Source: an uncultured bacterium
GTDB taxonomy: Bacteria > Hinthialibacterota > Hinthialibacteria > Hinthialibacterales > Hinthialibacteraceae
DNA length: 64,000 bases
Assembly: GCA_964412555.1 (NCBI GenBank)
Contig: CAYPPG010000005.1
Coordinates: forward strand, 129,819-193,818
Direction: 5' to 3'
Below are positions 29,924-38,191 of the stretch, piece by piece (positions within the stretch are counted from its first letter, which is position 1; each line of letters opens with the position of its first letter). Both the position numbers and the translations under genes were made by a program. The notes under the pieces are model-generated. The model worked only from the letters and a program-made list of their open reading frames with translations. It searched no databases and was not told the origin of the DNA.

Positions 29924-30877
29924 TTATTTTATACGTTTTGTATCTTGAACAAATTGTTGAAAATAGTTCATTGAGCGATCCTCTGTCATTTTTCTTTCAA
30001 TGATCAGCCGATACGAAGCATGAGCGATTTCGTTTTCCCTTATATTGTTTCCAAACAACGAAAAATAAACCGAATTATGCCCAGCGATGCCGTCCGGTGG
30101 AGTCATATCATAGGGCATTTCCACGGCGAAACAGTCTTGCGGCCGGGACATGAGTAGGATATCAATCCCGTTCTTCTCATCCCGTTTTATGCAGAACGGA
30201 TATTCATAAAATTTCCCAACGGAAAAATGAACCGGATGCGGCCCGTGTTCCCACCGGCCGTCGAAAATCATTTGGCAGGCTTCCCGATCACGAGGGAAAG
30301 CGAGGTACGTGTCGATGGTGAACGGATTGACCGTTACGGGCATAAAGTAAGGTTCTTTATTGGTATGCAGCGTCGGTTTGACATACATATAGGTTTTAAA
30401 ATTACTGTTGAAATAGGATGAGAGAAACACTTCGAATTTGGGGAGATTTGTTTCTGCTTTGACAATCGTCTCCAAATCGAGTGTCGTGGGAGACTTCCAA
30501 CGGTAAATCGCGGTCATTTCAAAAGGATGCTCTTCACGCGGAGGCCAGGTAATTTCAACGCCGCCATCCGGGAGCCGTTTCGAAGTTTTCGGCCAAGCTC
30601 GGGCGGAATCCCCGAAACGGTGATTGCTCGTGAAAATCCGGTAGTAGCTGAGGATTCCCGGATTGTTTTTTCCATAAGCGAGTTCCAAGCCGGTTTCTTT
30701 GTCGATGAGAGTCGGGATTCCTTGGGATGGATCGTCGGCACGAAGTTGTCCTTTGAGCGCACCGGTATCAAAACTATAAAAGCCGTTTCCCATCGATTGG
30801 AATGAAAGTTCAGCACATTGAACCGACACTGCAAATATAAGAAAACAGTAAGAGATGAACAGATAAAAAAATGTCAT
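29924..30877 (-). CDS. Exported protein of unknown function (317 aa)
   Basis: The start at ATG 30875-30877 has SD AAGGGAG. Signal peptide MTFFYLFISYCFLIFAVSVQCAE. I recognise no family motif. Confidence 0.6.
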   Translation of the reverse strand: MTFFYLFISYCFLIFAVSVQCAELSFQSMGNGFYSFDTGALKGQLRADDPSQGIPTLIDKETGLELAYGKNNPGILSYYRIFTSNHRFGDSARAWPKTSKRLPDGGVEITWPPREEHPFEMTAIYRWKSPTTLDLETIVKAETNLPKFEVFLSSYFNSNFKTYMYVKPTLHTNKEPYFMPVTVNPFTIDTYLAFPRDREACQMIFDGRWEHGPHPVHFSVGKFYEYPFCIKRDEKNGIDILLMSRPQDCFAVEMPYDMTPPDGIAGHNSVYFSLFGNNIRENEIAHASYRLIIERKMTEDRSMNYFQQFVQDTKRIK

Positions 30878-30982
30878 GGTTGCTCCCTTTTCGTGGAATA
30901 GTATTTTTTCTGACTGAAACGGAGATAATTGTTGAGTAAAAAAAAGTTTGGCTATCCATATGTATGCAAGATGAATCAACGG

Positions 30983-31315
30983 CTATTCGCTTTGTATTTC
31001 ATCCCCGATGTTCCGAAATTGAGTAATGCGAACCGGCGCATGATCCGGAAAGCGAGCGATGATGTCCAATGTCCCCCCCATGGCTTCGATGAAAGAGCGC
31101 AGTGTGCTGACATACATATCCGTACGCCGTTCCAGTTTCGAGACCGCTGCTTGGTTGACTTTTAGTCGCTTGGCAACCGCTTCCTGAGAACTTTTTTTAG
31201 CCTTCCGCAGTTCCTGCAGGGTTTTTTCCTCTTCGATCAATTCCCGCGTTCGAGCTGCTATGAGTTCTTGTTCCTCGATCGGGAGTTTACTGATATATTC
31301 ATCTAATGTAATCAT
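30983..31315 (-). CDS. XRE-family HTH antitoxin (HigA-like)
   Basis: HTH SQEAVAKRLKVNQAAVSKLERRTD. 110 aa. It overlaps the upstream toxin gene by 4 nt. Confidence 0.8.
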   Translation of the reverse strand: MITLDEYISKLPIEEQELIAARTRELIEEEKTLQELRKAKKSSQEAVAKRLKVNQAAVSKLERRTDMYVSTLRSFIEAMGGTLDIIARFPDHAPVRITQFRNIGDEIQSE

Positions 31316-31668
31316 CTTTTCTCCTCCATTTTCTCTAAATGACGTTTAAACCGTTCTTCAGCAATTTGGATGTTTTTTTCATACCAACGTTTCTCGCCTT
31401 GTTTTTCCCCACCGACTAACAATACAGCTCTGCGGACCGGATCGAAGGCAAACAATATTCTCCATGGATCACCTTTGTATTGGATACGCAATTCTTTCAA
31501 ATTCGAAATCTTCGAAGACTTAATTGTATTGACTAAAGGGCGACCGAGAGATGGACCGTGTTGTTTCAATAATTGGGATTTTGACACTACCTCCCGGCGA
31601 AGACCTACCTCTTGTTGATCCAGCCATCTTTCGAAATCAATATCAAGAAGAACAATCCATTCAATCAT
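31312..31668 (-). CDS. RelE/HigB-superfamily toxin (phage Gp49-like)
   Basis: LKELRIQYKGDPWRILFAFDPVRRAVLLVGGEKQGEKRWYEKNIQIAEERF matches the Gp49/HigB pattern. The toxin-first gene order is typical of hig loci. Confidence 0.75.
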   Translation of the reverse strand: MIEWIVLLDIDFERWLDQQEVGLRREVVSKSQLLKQHGPSLGRPLVNTIKSSKISNLKELRIQYKGDPWRILFAFDPVRRAVLLVGGEKQGEKRWYEKNIQIAEERFKRHLEKMEEKR

Positions 31669-31672
31669 AAGT

Positions 31673-31692
31673 ATATTCCTTTAATGGAATAT
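31673..31692. promoter_or_regulatory. Perfect palindrome ATATTCC-N6-GGAATAT overlapping the higB-like RBS (candidate operator)
   Basis: It lies 5-24 nt upstream of the toxin ATG (31666-31668). The AAGGAA SD lies inside one half-site. Confidence 0.4.
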
Positions 31693-31739
31693 CGGGTAGA
31701 GGTTTTAATCTCTTTTTGGGGTATTGAAAAAGATAAATC

Positions 31740-33737
31740 CTATTCGATTACTAATACACTATACACATGAACTCTCGGGATTTTCACCGTCAATACACCC
31801 TCTTCCCAGGTTTGTTGCAGTCGACGATTTCTAGGAACCGCCGTAATTTTGTTGGGCTTTTCTTCCATGTTTAATTTTATCGTAATTGGTCCGACGGTTG
31901 GGACAAAATCGATAATCCCGTAGCGATCAGAAACAGGCGCATTGGCGCGGTTCAGCAGATGGACGCTCAGTTTCCCGTTTTGGGTTTTCCGCAGCGCGAC
32001 ATCGATGCACGGTGGAGCCTCGACTTGTATGGCAGGATTTGCAAAGAGTAGGTGGGTGATTTTCCCGATGAATTCGCGTAAATACGGGTGATGAGAGCGG
32101 TAAAAATCGAGGGCGATAGGTCCGTAGACTGCTCCGATTTTCCCTTTCCCTACTTCATTCAGTGTGGCGGCGATTACACCGTTCTTACGGGTGTCCCGAT
32201 TCGGATAACGGTAACCGGCCGCTTTAGCTGATGTCAATTCGACTTTCTGCCATTCGCCGTTTGCGTTTACCGGGCCGGATGGAGCCTTCAATTCTGCACG
32301 AACATTTTCAGGTTTACCCACGAAATCAACACCGGTCACCGATGCGAACAAACGAGCGCATCGTTCTCCGAGGAGGAGCAGATTCCCGCCTTTTTCAACA
32401 TATTCTATTAACGACTCTTTGAATTCATCCGCTAACTTATAGGAATCGGGAATCACGACCAATGGAAATTCGCTTAAGCGAGGTTGTAATTGATGTTCTG
32501 CAAGAACATCGACCGAGTAGTGCAATTCCAGTAGGGCATGAAGCGCGCCTTCGAGACTTTGCAGCTCACCCCCCCAGGGCGTGTAAACATTGTCGGAACT
32601 ATCCCACATGGTTTCGCTGGAAAGAAGAAGAGCGGCTTGAGGGACAGAGGTGCTATTGTGGCTCACTTTTTGGTATTCCCGGCAAAAATCGGCTACCTGC
32701 CCAAGCGTTTCGATGATCGTCTCTTGAAGATATCCGGCCCGCGTCGGATTATTATAAATTTGAAAACCACCGCCCTGCATCAATACCACAGCCGCTTCCT
32801 GCTGCAATTGCACCGGCGTCTTCAGACTCCACCGTAAATTTTCTCCTTTATTGAATCCCCATGCCATCAAATCCCACGGCATCCCTGTATTTGCGAGATA
32901 GCGCGCTTCAACTTGTGCACGGGCGACAGACTGGCCGGGGGAATAATCACCGGAAAGAAAATCCAAATCGCAGACAATCGGTTTGGGTGCGAAGGTGGTG
33001 TACATCCAATTGCTGGTGATCTGCAAATCGGGACGGAATTCATGCAATGCGTCAATCCAAAGGCAAAGATAGCGCTCGAAATGCCGGCGGTGGAACATTT
33101 TCCATTCCAACCAATGCGGATCGGAAGACTTTTTCGGAGCCTCTTCGTATCCTGTTTCCTTTTTCCATTGTTCTAAGGCTGCCTCCGAATAATCCAATTT
33201 GGCCGACCAGCATTCGCCGTCAACCCACAGGCCATCCAGATCATATTTGGCGACAACCTCTTTGAGTTGTGGAATCAACAATTCATCCACATAAGGTCCA
33301 AATACGCTTGTTGCCCGATTGTCCGGTTTGCCTTCCGCATCGATACGCGCCCATTCCGGATGTTTCTCCACTGCAACACTATCCCACACGCCGGAAAAAT
33401 GGATGAACAAACCGACATCGTGTTCTTGCGTGACCTTTCGCCATATGGCTAGCGAATCGTTGACGATGCCGGGGGAAGGCGTTCCCACTTCTGTCGGATA
33501 TCCGGCATACCCTGCATGGCCTTTGCAGTCATATTGCACATAATCAGGCCCGACACGGTTGAGTAATTTTTCGATCATCTCTTCTGTAATATCTTCTCCC
33601 AGTGAGGTATCGGTTTTTTGCGGATGCAAGTCAAAATGAAGCCCGAAAAACGATTCGCTGCGCGGGATCGGATCTGCAACGCAGACCGACTGAAAACATA
33701 GACAAATGATAACCAATAAGACAAAAGACTTTTTCAT
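31740..33737 (-). CDS. Exported TIM-barrel protein, putative glycoside hydrolase (GHL6-like)
   Basis: The start at ATG 33735-33737 has SD GGAGAA (MKKSFVLLVIICLCFQSVCVA signal). FGLHFDLHPQ...YDCKGHAGYAGYPTEVG...HPEWARIDAEGKP...DGLWVDGECW resembles the pattern I recall for the 'hypothetical glycosyl hydrolase 6' family. The track's 74-aa N-terminal extension runs through a REP element. Confidence 0.5.
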   Translation of the reverse strand: MKKSFVLLVIICLCFQSVCVADPIPRSESFFGLHFDLHPQKTDTSLGEDITEEMIEKLLNRVGPDYVQYDCKGHAGYAGYPTEVGTPSPGIVNDSLAIWRKVTQEHDVGLFIHFSGVWDSVAVEKHPEWARIDAEGKPDNRATSVFGPYVDELLIPQLKEVVAKYDLDGLWVDGECWSAKLDYSEAALEQWKKETGYEEAPKKSSDPHWLEWKMFHRRHFERYLCLWIDALHEFRPDLQITSNWMYTTFAPKPIVCDLDFLSGDYSPGQSVARAQVEARYLANTGMPWDLMAWGFNKGENLRWSLKTPVQLQQEAAVVLMQGGGFQIYNNPTRAGYLQETIIETLGQVADFCREYQKVSHNSTSVPQAALLLSSETMWDSSDNVYTPWGGELQSLEGALHALLELHYSVDVLAEHQLQPRLSEFPLVVIPDSYKLADEFKESLIEYVEKGGNLLLLGERCARLFASVTGVDFVGKPENVRAELKAPSGPVNANGEWQKVELTSAKAAGYRYPNRDTRKNGVIAATLNEVGKGKIGAVYGPIALDFYRSHHPYLREFIGKITHLLFANPAIQVEAPPCIDVALRKTQNGKLSVHLLNRANAPVSDRYGIIDFVPTVGPITIKLNMEEKPNKITAVPRNRRLQQTWEEGVLTVKIPRVHVYSVLVIE

Positions 33738-33812
33738 TGATTTTCTCCTGATCCAATCAAAATATATTTTATAAATATAAATATTATTGTTACATATCCA
33801 TTTCCTGTTCGC

Positions 33813-33870
33813 GGGTAGAGCAGGCGTCCCTGCCTGCATCTGTAGGGCAAGCGAGGTACTTGCTCTACCC
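33813..33870. repeat. REP/REPIN-like inverted doublet
   Basis: The outer arms GGGTAGAGC / GCTCTACCC are 9 bp. They enclose two inner hairpins (GCAGGC-gtccct-GCCTGC and GCAAG-cgaggtac-CTTGC). It lies in the intergenic region. Confidence 0.6.
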
Positions 33871-33883
33871 CCCCCCTTCTCCA

Positions 33884-34828
33884 TCATCGGGAAGCGAAAA
33901 ATTGATCCACTGCTTGTTTCGCTTTGATACACGCTTCGTATGGATCGGGAATTTCCCATTCATCGACCATGAACCAACCGTCAAATCCCCCTTCATAGAG
34001 GGTTTTCAAAGACGCTTCCACATCGATGTGACCCTCGCCGGCTGGTACATGTTTCGACGTGCCCCCATCGCGCAGCGTGCCGTCGGTGTCGGTAAAATGA
34101 ATGTATCCGATATTGTCGACACCGACTCGCTTTAGCAATTCATGCGGATTGCCGGTCGAGCCGTTCATCAAGTCGAAATGGCTAGGATCGTAGATGATTT
34201 TTAATGACGGATGATCGGCTTGGGCGTGGATTCGTTGCAAATGTTCTTCCGTGTTGAACACGAAGGGGGGTTCGATTTCGAAAGCGGCGATAAGCCCCAA
34301 CTCGGCTGCGATTTTTCCCGCTTCATGAAACGAAGCCGCCAGCCGCTCGATCGCTTCGTCAATGGTTTGTCCACGCAATCCGCCCCCTGGCCACATTCCC
34401 ACACAATCACAACCGACAGACTTGGCAAACCGGGCACGGTCCTGAAAACTGTTCAACCAATTCTTGCGTTCCTCTTCTTTCGGTGAAAAAGCTTGGCTGA
34501 CTCCCAATTGAATGGAAAAGATTTGCTGGCCGAAACAATCATACATATGCCGTAACGCGCGTATGCGATCGTTCTCATCGGCGGCAGGATATCCTCCCAT
34601 GGGCCACCCTTCGACCAATTCGATGCCGGCAAATTCATGGGTGGACGCAAAATCGAGAATCTCCCAAATTGGATAATTTTTGTTATATTTTCGCACTCCC
34701 GAGGCAAATCCATTTAAGCCAATGGCCATCTTCCATTTTTGAGGGGGTGTGCCGGCCACTGTGACTTTGGAAACCAACGGCAGTGCCATTGCACTTCCTA
34801 TAATCTGAATAGCAGTTCGTCTTTGCAT
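33884..34828 (-). CDS. Tat-signal sugar phosphate isomerase/epimerase (xylose isomerase-like TIM barrel)
   Basis: MQRRTAIQIIGSAMALPL twin-arginine leader. The body has the pattern of the AP-endonuclease-2/xylose-isomerase-like TIM family (…IYDPSHF…HFTDTDG…GWFMVDEWE). Confidence 0.7.
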   Translation of the reverse strand: MQRRTAIQIIGSAMALPLVSKVTVAGTPPQKWKMAIGLNGFASGVRKYNKNYPIWEILDFASTHEFAGIELVEGWPMGGYPAADENDRIRALRHMYDCFGQQIFSIQLGVSQAFSPKEEERKNWLNSFQDRARFAKSVGCDCVGMWPGGGLRGQTIDEAIERLAASFHEAGKIAAELGLIAAFEIEPPFVFNTEEHLQRIHAQADHPSLKIIYDPSHFDLMNGSTGNPHELLKRVGVDNIGYIHFTDTDGTLRDGGTSKHVPAGEGHIDVEASLKTLYEGGFDGWFMVDEWEIPDPYEACIKAKQAVDQFFASR

Positions 34829-34854
34829 GATTTTTTACCCTTGTTTCAAAATGT

Positions 34855-34881
34855 CGGAGCGCGGGCATCCCTGCCCGCATC
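34855..34881. repeat. REP singlet (27-mer CGGAGCGCGGGCATCCCTGCCCGCATC)
   Basis: GCGGGC-atccct-GCCCGC hairpin in the 55-nt gap between two co-directional genes. A 26/27-identical copy lies at 37067-37093. Confidence 0.6.
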
Positions 34882-34883
34882 TT

Positions 34884-36152
34884 TCAATTCTCAAAACTCA
34901 ACATTTTCCCTTCCCTGTACGAACGGACAGAAAGACCGATGCAAGTCATCGTCGTAGATCCTATCTCCGCGTTGCAATTCGGTTGCTTGCGTGACCGGAT
35001 ACAATCGAAGAAATTGTCCATATGTTTCATATCCCCTTCATTGACGATGTCGGGGATGATGATTTCTTCTTTCCCCCATTTTTCTTTGAATTCTTCTTGG
35101 AAAGGCTCTTGAGCAGTAATTTTCAAGTGGCCGTATTCTTCTCCTTCCCAATCGGCGCCGCAGTACATTGTCGCTTTTTCACCTCGAATCAGTGTCCGAG
35201 GGCCGACGGAATTTGCTTGTGACGATTGGACGGTGAGGGAATATTTCGATGGATAATCCGCTGCCGTCAAAAATGTATCCGGCACTTCACGCCCGTCATC
35301 ATGGACCCAAATTCCACCCATCCCTACAACCCGGAAAGGATGTTCATTCTGGATGGCATAGTGGAATGGAGCAACAGTATGGTAATGCAGATCGGTGGCG
35401 ATTCCGCCGGAATAATCCCAATATTTTCGGAATCGGAAAAAACGGTCTGCGTCGAAAGAACGTTTGGGAGCCGATCCGAGCCATTGTTTCCAATCGATAT
35501 GATTCTCACCACTCGCATCCGGTCCCGCATCTTCGTTGATCTCATAATAATTCCAATCCCCGAAAGTCACGTTGCGGCTGTAGGTTCCCTGACAGCAGAC
35601 GACTTTTCCCAACATTCCTTTTCCGATGAGTTCCTTCGCTTTGTGCCATTTCGTCCAGGATAAGGCTTGTACGCCGACTTGAAGAATCCGCCGAAGTTCT
35701 TCCGCCTTTTGGGTGACTTGTTTCGCTTCCTCGACGGTGTGTGTCATCGGTTTTTCGCAATACACATCCTTGCCTTTTTCCATTGCCAGAAGAGTGATCG
35801 GCGCATGCCAATGATCCGGAGTGGCAATGATAACGGCGTCGATGTCGGAGCGGTCGAGCAGTTCTTGGTGATAGTCATACGGTTTGGCTCCTTTTGCTCG
35901 TTCCATGGCTCGGTTCAAATTTCGCTGATAGACGTCGCACACTGCACGAATCTCGACATCTCCTTTTTCATCCGCGCGTTGCAAGGCGAGTTTCAACAAT
36001 GCCGATCCTCTTCCACCGACTCCAATGACTCCAACCCCGATTCTGTCATTGGCTCCTAGTACACGCTGGGGATTGGAAAGTAGAGAAGCAATACCGGCTG
36101 AGGCGATCGATGAGGTTATAAAGTGTCTGCGGGATAATGATGAACGGTTCAT
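34884..36152 (-). CDS. Tat-signal Gfo/Idh/MocA-family oxidoreductase
   Basis: LSRRHFITSSIASAGIASLL Tat leader. Rossmann IGVGVIGVGGRG. ATPDHWH and EKP motifs typical of the family. Confidence 0.9.
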   Translation of the reverse strand: MNRSSLSRRHFITSSIASAGIASLLSNPQRVLGANDRIGVGVIGVGGRGSALLKLALQRADEKGDVEIRAVCDVYQRNLNRAMERAKGAKPYDYHQELLDRSDIDAVIIATPDHWHAPITLLAMEKGKDVYCEKPMTHTVEEAKQVTQKAEELRRILQVGVQALSWTKWHKAKELIGKGMLGKVVCCQGTYSRNVTFGDWNYYEINEDAGPDASGENHIDWKQWLGSAPKRSFDADRFFRFRKYWDYSGGIATDLHYHTVAPFHYAIQNEHPFRVVGMGGIWVHDDGREVPDTFLTAADYPSKYSLTVQSSQANSVGPRTLIRGEKATMYCGADWEGEEYGHLKITAQEPFQEEFKEKWGKEEIIIPDIVNEGDMKHMDNFFDCIRSRKQPNCNAEIGSTTMTCIGLSVRSYREGKMLSFEN

Positions 36153-36259
36153 ATGCCTTTCCTTATATGATCATAGATGAAAAATGTCCAATCATCTTAT
36201 CATAAAAGGAAAGATATTTTCATCCCTCAGAGGAAAAATGCGAGAGGAGATTACGCCAA

Positions 36260-38185
36260 TCAATACCCGAAAGAACGATACGCCGCAATTCCGAGCAAAA
36301 GAGTATCGATGATATGCGCAACGGGTGAATCGGCATACGTTTCTGCATAGAATTCCTGTTCGCTGAAACCGGCGCTGACGGCCATCGGTTTTACATAGGG
36401 ACGAATATCTTGAAAAAGCGCTGCAATTTCTTCTTGAAAGCGCTCATCCTGATAACGGGATTCTTCCCATTCTAAAAATTGGAGAAAGAAATCTCGAGAG
36501 AACACCGCCTCGATTTGCGCTGGATTACGAACTTGATCCAACAAGGAACGCAATTCGGTATCCCGGCGGTTTTTCCCCTCCGGATCGGCGTCGATTTCCC
36601 CGAAATAATTCCGGGCCGCATCGATCGAGTCGAATACATAGGTGACGGCGTCGCGCTCGATCAACAGTAATTCATCGAGGTTCATCATTCGGGAAATTGG
36701 AGACTCGTTAAAATGATAAACGGTCGCCGGGATTTTTGCGATATCGATTTTTTCCGGTTGAATTGCGGGGATATTTTTCAGTCTTTGCATCAACACATTT
36801 TCTGGATCAAAATCCGGAAATGCGAGTGTCAATGCCGGCGCACCGTCATAAAATCCGAAAAAATTCACCCCCGAAATCTTTCCTTTGGGAATGATTTGTG
36901 AAAAGAAGCCGAATTGTGCATTTCCGGGAAAACGGGTAAAATTTTGAGCTCGGTCACGTTCTTCTCTACGAGGCCTCCTTGGTTCTCCATTTCTTTCCGC
37001 CCTCCTTCTTCGATCATCCCTTTCCGGCTCGCGCATCTCCATACCTGTATCATTCGCTCCCGATTCCGGAGCGCGGGCATCCTTGCCCGCATCAACCATT
37101 TGCTCACTTTCCGTAGTGCTATCAACCGCTTCTGTAGCCGATTCCGGTGAGGCCATCTGCGGTAAACGAAAGGCAATTTCGAGCAAACCGACCGGATCGG
37201 CTTCGGAAAACGGAAAACGTTCAATCGGCTGCCATTCGGCCATCCACGTTTGAGGCGATTCTACCGGGGCAATCAAGGTTAATTTTGAGGCTTTTTCTTC
37301 CAACCGGTAGAGACCAGCCATTTGCCGTATTCCGGTTTCATGAAGATAAGCGGGGATCCATCCAAAATGGAGAAGCGATACAGAATCTTTTTCTTCCGTA
37401 TTCAAAAACAACGCCGCGGCGGTTTCCGGATAATTTTGAAGCGCCTCAAAATGCGGTCCCTCATGTTCTACCAATTCAGGAGGGGGAGGAGAAGCCCACA
37501 ATTGTGAATACGCTTCTTTCTGAGTGCTGATCCATAAAGTCGTTTGATCGAGAACACAAAAAAAATCTCCTATCGGAGTAGAGAGTATTTTTACCGGCAA
37601 ATCCGCAATGGTCTCTTCCGAGGTGCTTGAACCGGGAAAATAGGATGCGAATCGTTGAAGGAAGGGAGTCCCTTCATGGATGATATCCGTGGAAAGCAAA
37701 CTGCATGCGGTAACATAACAGGGTACTTTTTGCTCTCCCGCCGGTGGCATCACGAATATCCGCATTTCGTTTGATTTCCCACTCAGATCGTGGAGTGCTT
37801 CCGTTACGCCGCGGGGAAGGGAAGCGGTAAATTCGGAAATGAATTTTGAAACCGATTCTTGCTCAAACAATTCTAAAAAGGAATCTTTTCTTGATTGGAA
37901 TTTGTTCAGATCGATCAACATCCATGCAGGGGAAGAGTTCGGCAAAACTTTTTCCACTAGCACCACTGATGAGACTTGTCCTTCCTCAGGAATTGGAGTC
38001 TCCGATTCCGGATTCATAGGATCGATAACTTGGAAATCACTCGTTTGATCCGCTTTGGCGGAATTCGGTGAAATATCGATCAACCCGTTTAAAATATATC
38101 CACAAACCAAACCAACGATGAAAATCAAAAGAATGAGTGTGTTTTTGTTCATAGTAAAATTGTTGTTCGTTCTATGTCGATTCAT
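36260..38185 (-). CDS. Membrane-anchored protein of unknown function, last gene of the T2SS-like operon
   Basis: Long ORF with a single N-terminal TM segment (LILLIFIVGLVCGYILNGLI) and a highly charged linker (EPERDDRRRRAERNGEPRRPRREERDRAQ). The start is uncertain: ATG at 38185 or 38152, while the track's TTG at 38203 lies inside the REP array. Confidence 0.7.
   Translation of the reverse strand: MNRHRTNNNFTMNKNTLILLIFIVGLVCGYILNGLIDISPNSAKADQTSDFQVIDPMNPESETPIPEEGQVSSVVLVEKVLPNSSPAWMLIDLNKFQSRKDSFLELFEQESVSKFISEFTASLPRGVTEALHDLSGKSNEMRIFVMPPAGEQKVPCYVTACSLLSTDIIHEGTPFLQRFASYFPGSSTSEETIADLPVKILSTPIGDFFCVLDQTTLWISTQKEAYSQLWASPPPPELVEHEGPHFEALQNYPETAAALFLNTEEKDSVSLLHFGWIPAYLHETGIRQMAGLYRLEEKASKLTLIAPVESPQTWMAEWQPIERFPFSEADPVGLLEIAFRLPQMASPESATEAVDSTTESEQMVDAGKDARAPESGANDTGMEMREPERDDRRRRAERNGEPRRPRREERDRAQNFTRFPGNAQFGFFSQIIPKGKISGVNFFGFYDGAPALTLAFPDFDPENVLMQRLKNIPAIQPEKIDIAKIPATVYHFNESPISRMMNLDELLLIERDAVTYVFDSIDAARNYFGEIDADPEGKNRRDTELRSLLDQVRNPAQIEAVFSRDFFLQFLEWEESRYQDERFQEEIAALFQDIRPYVKPMAVSAGFSEQEFYAETYADSPVAHIIDTLLLGIAAYRSFGY
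37067..37093. repeat. REP 27-mer embedded in frame in a coding region
   Basis: CGGAGCGCGGGCATCCTTGCCCGCATC differs at one position from 34855-34881. On the minus strand it is translated as DAGKDARAP within the 36260-38185 protein. Confidence 0.55.
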
Positions 38186-38191
38186 ATTCTC

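Noticed and set aside
33738-33959. 74-codon N-terminal extension of ORF 31740-33959 (MGNSRS…MQAGTPALPANRK…).
   Set aside because: It is translated through a REP palindrome and an AT-rich promoter-like stretch. A strong SD plus signal peptide lies at the internal ATG 33737.
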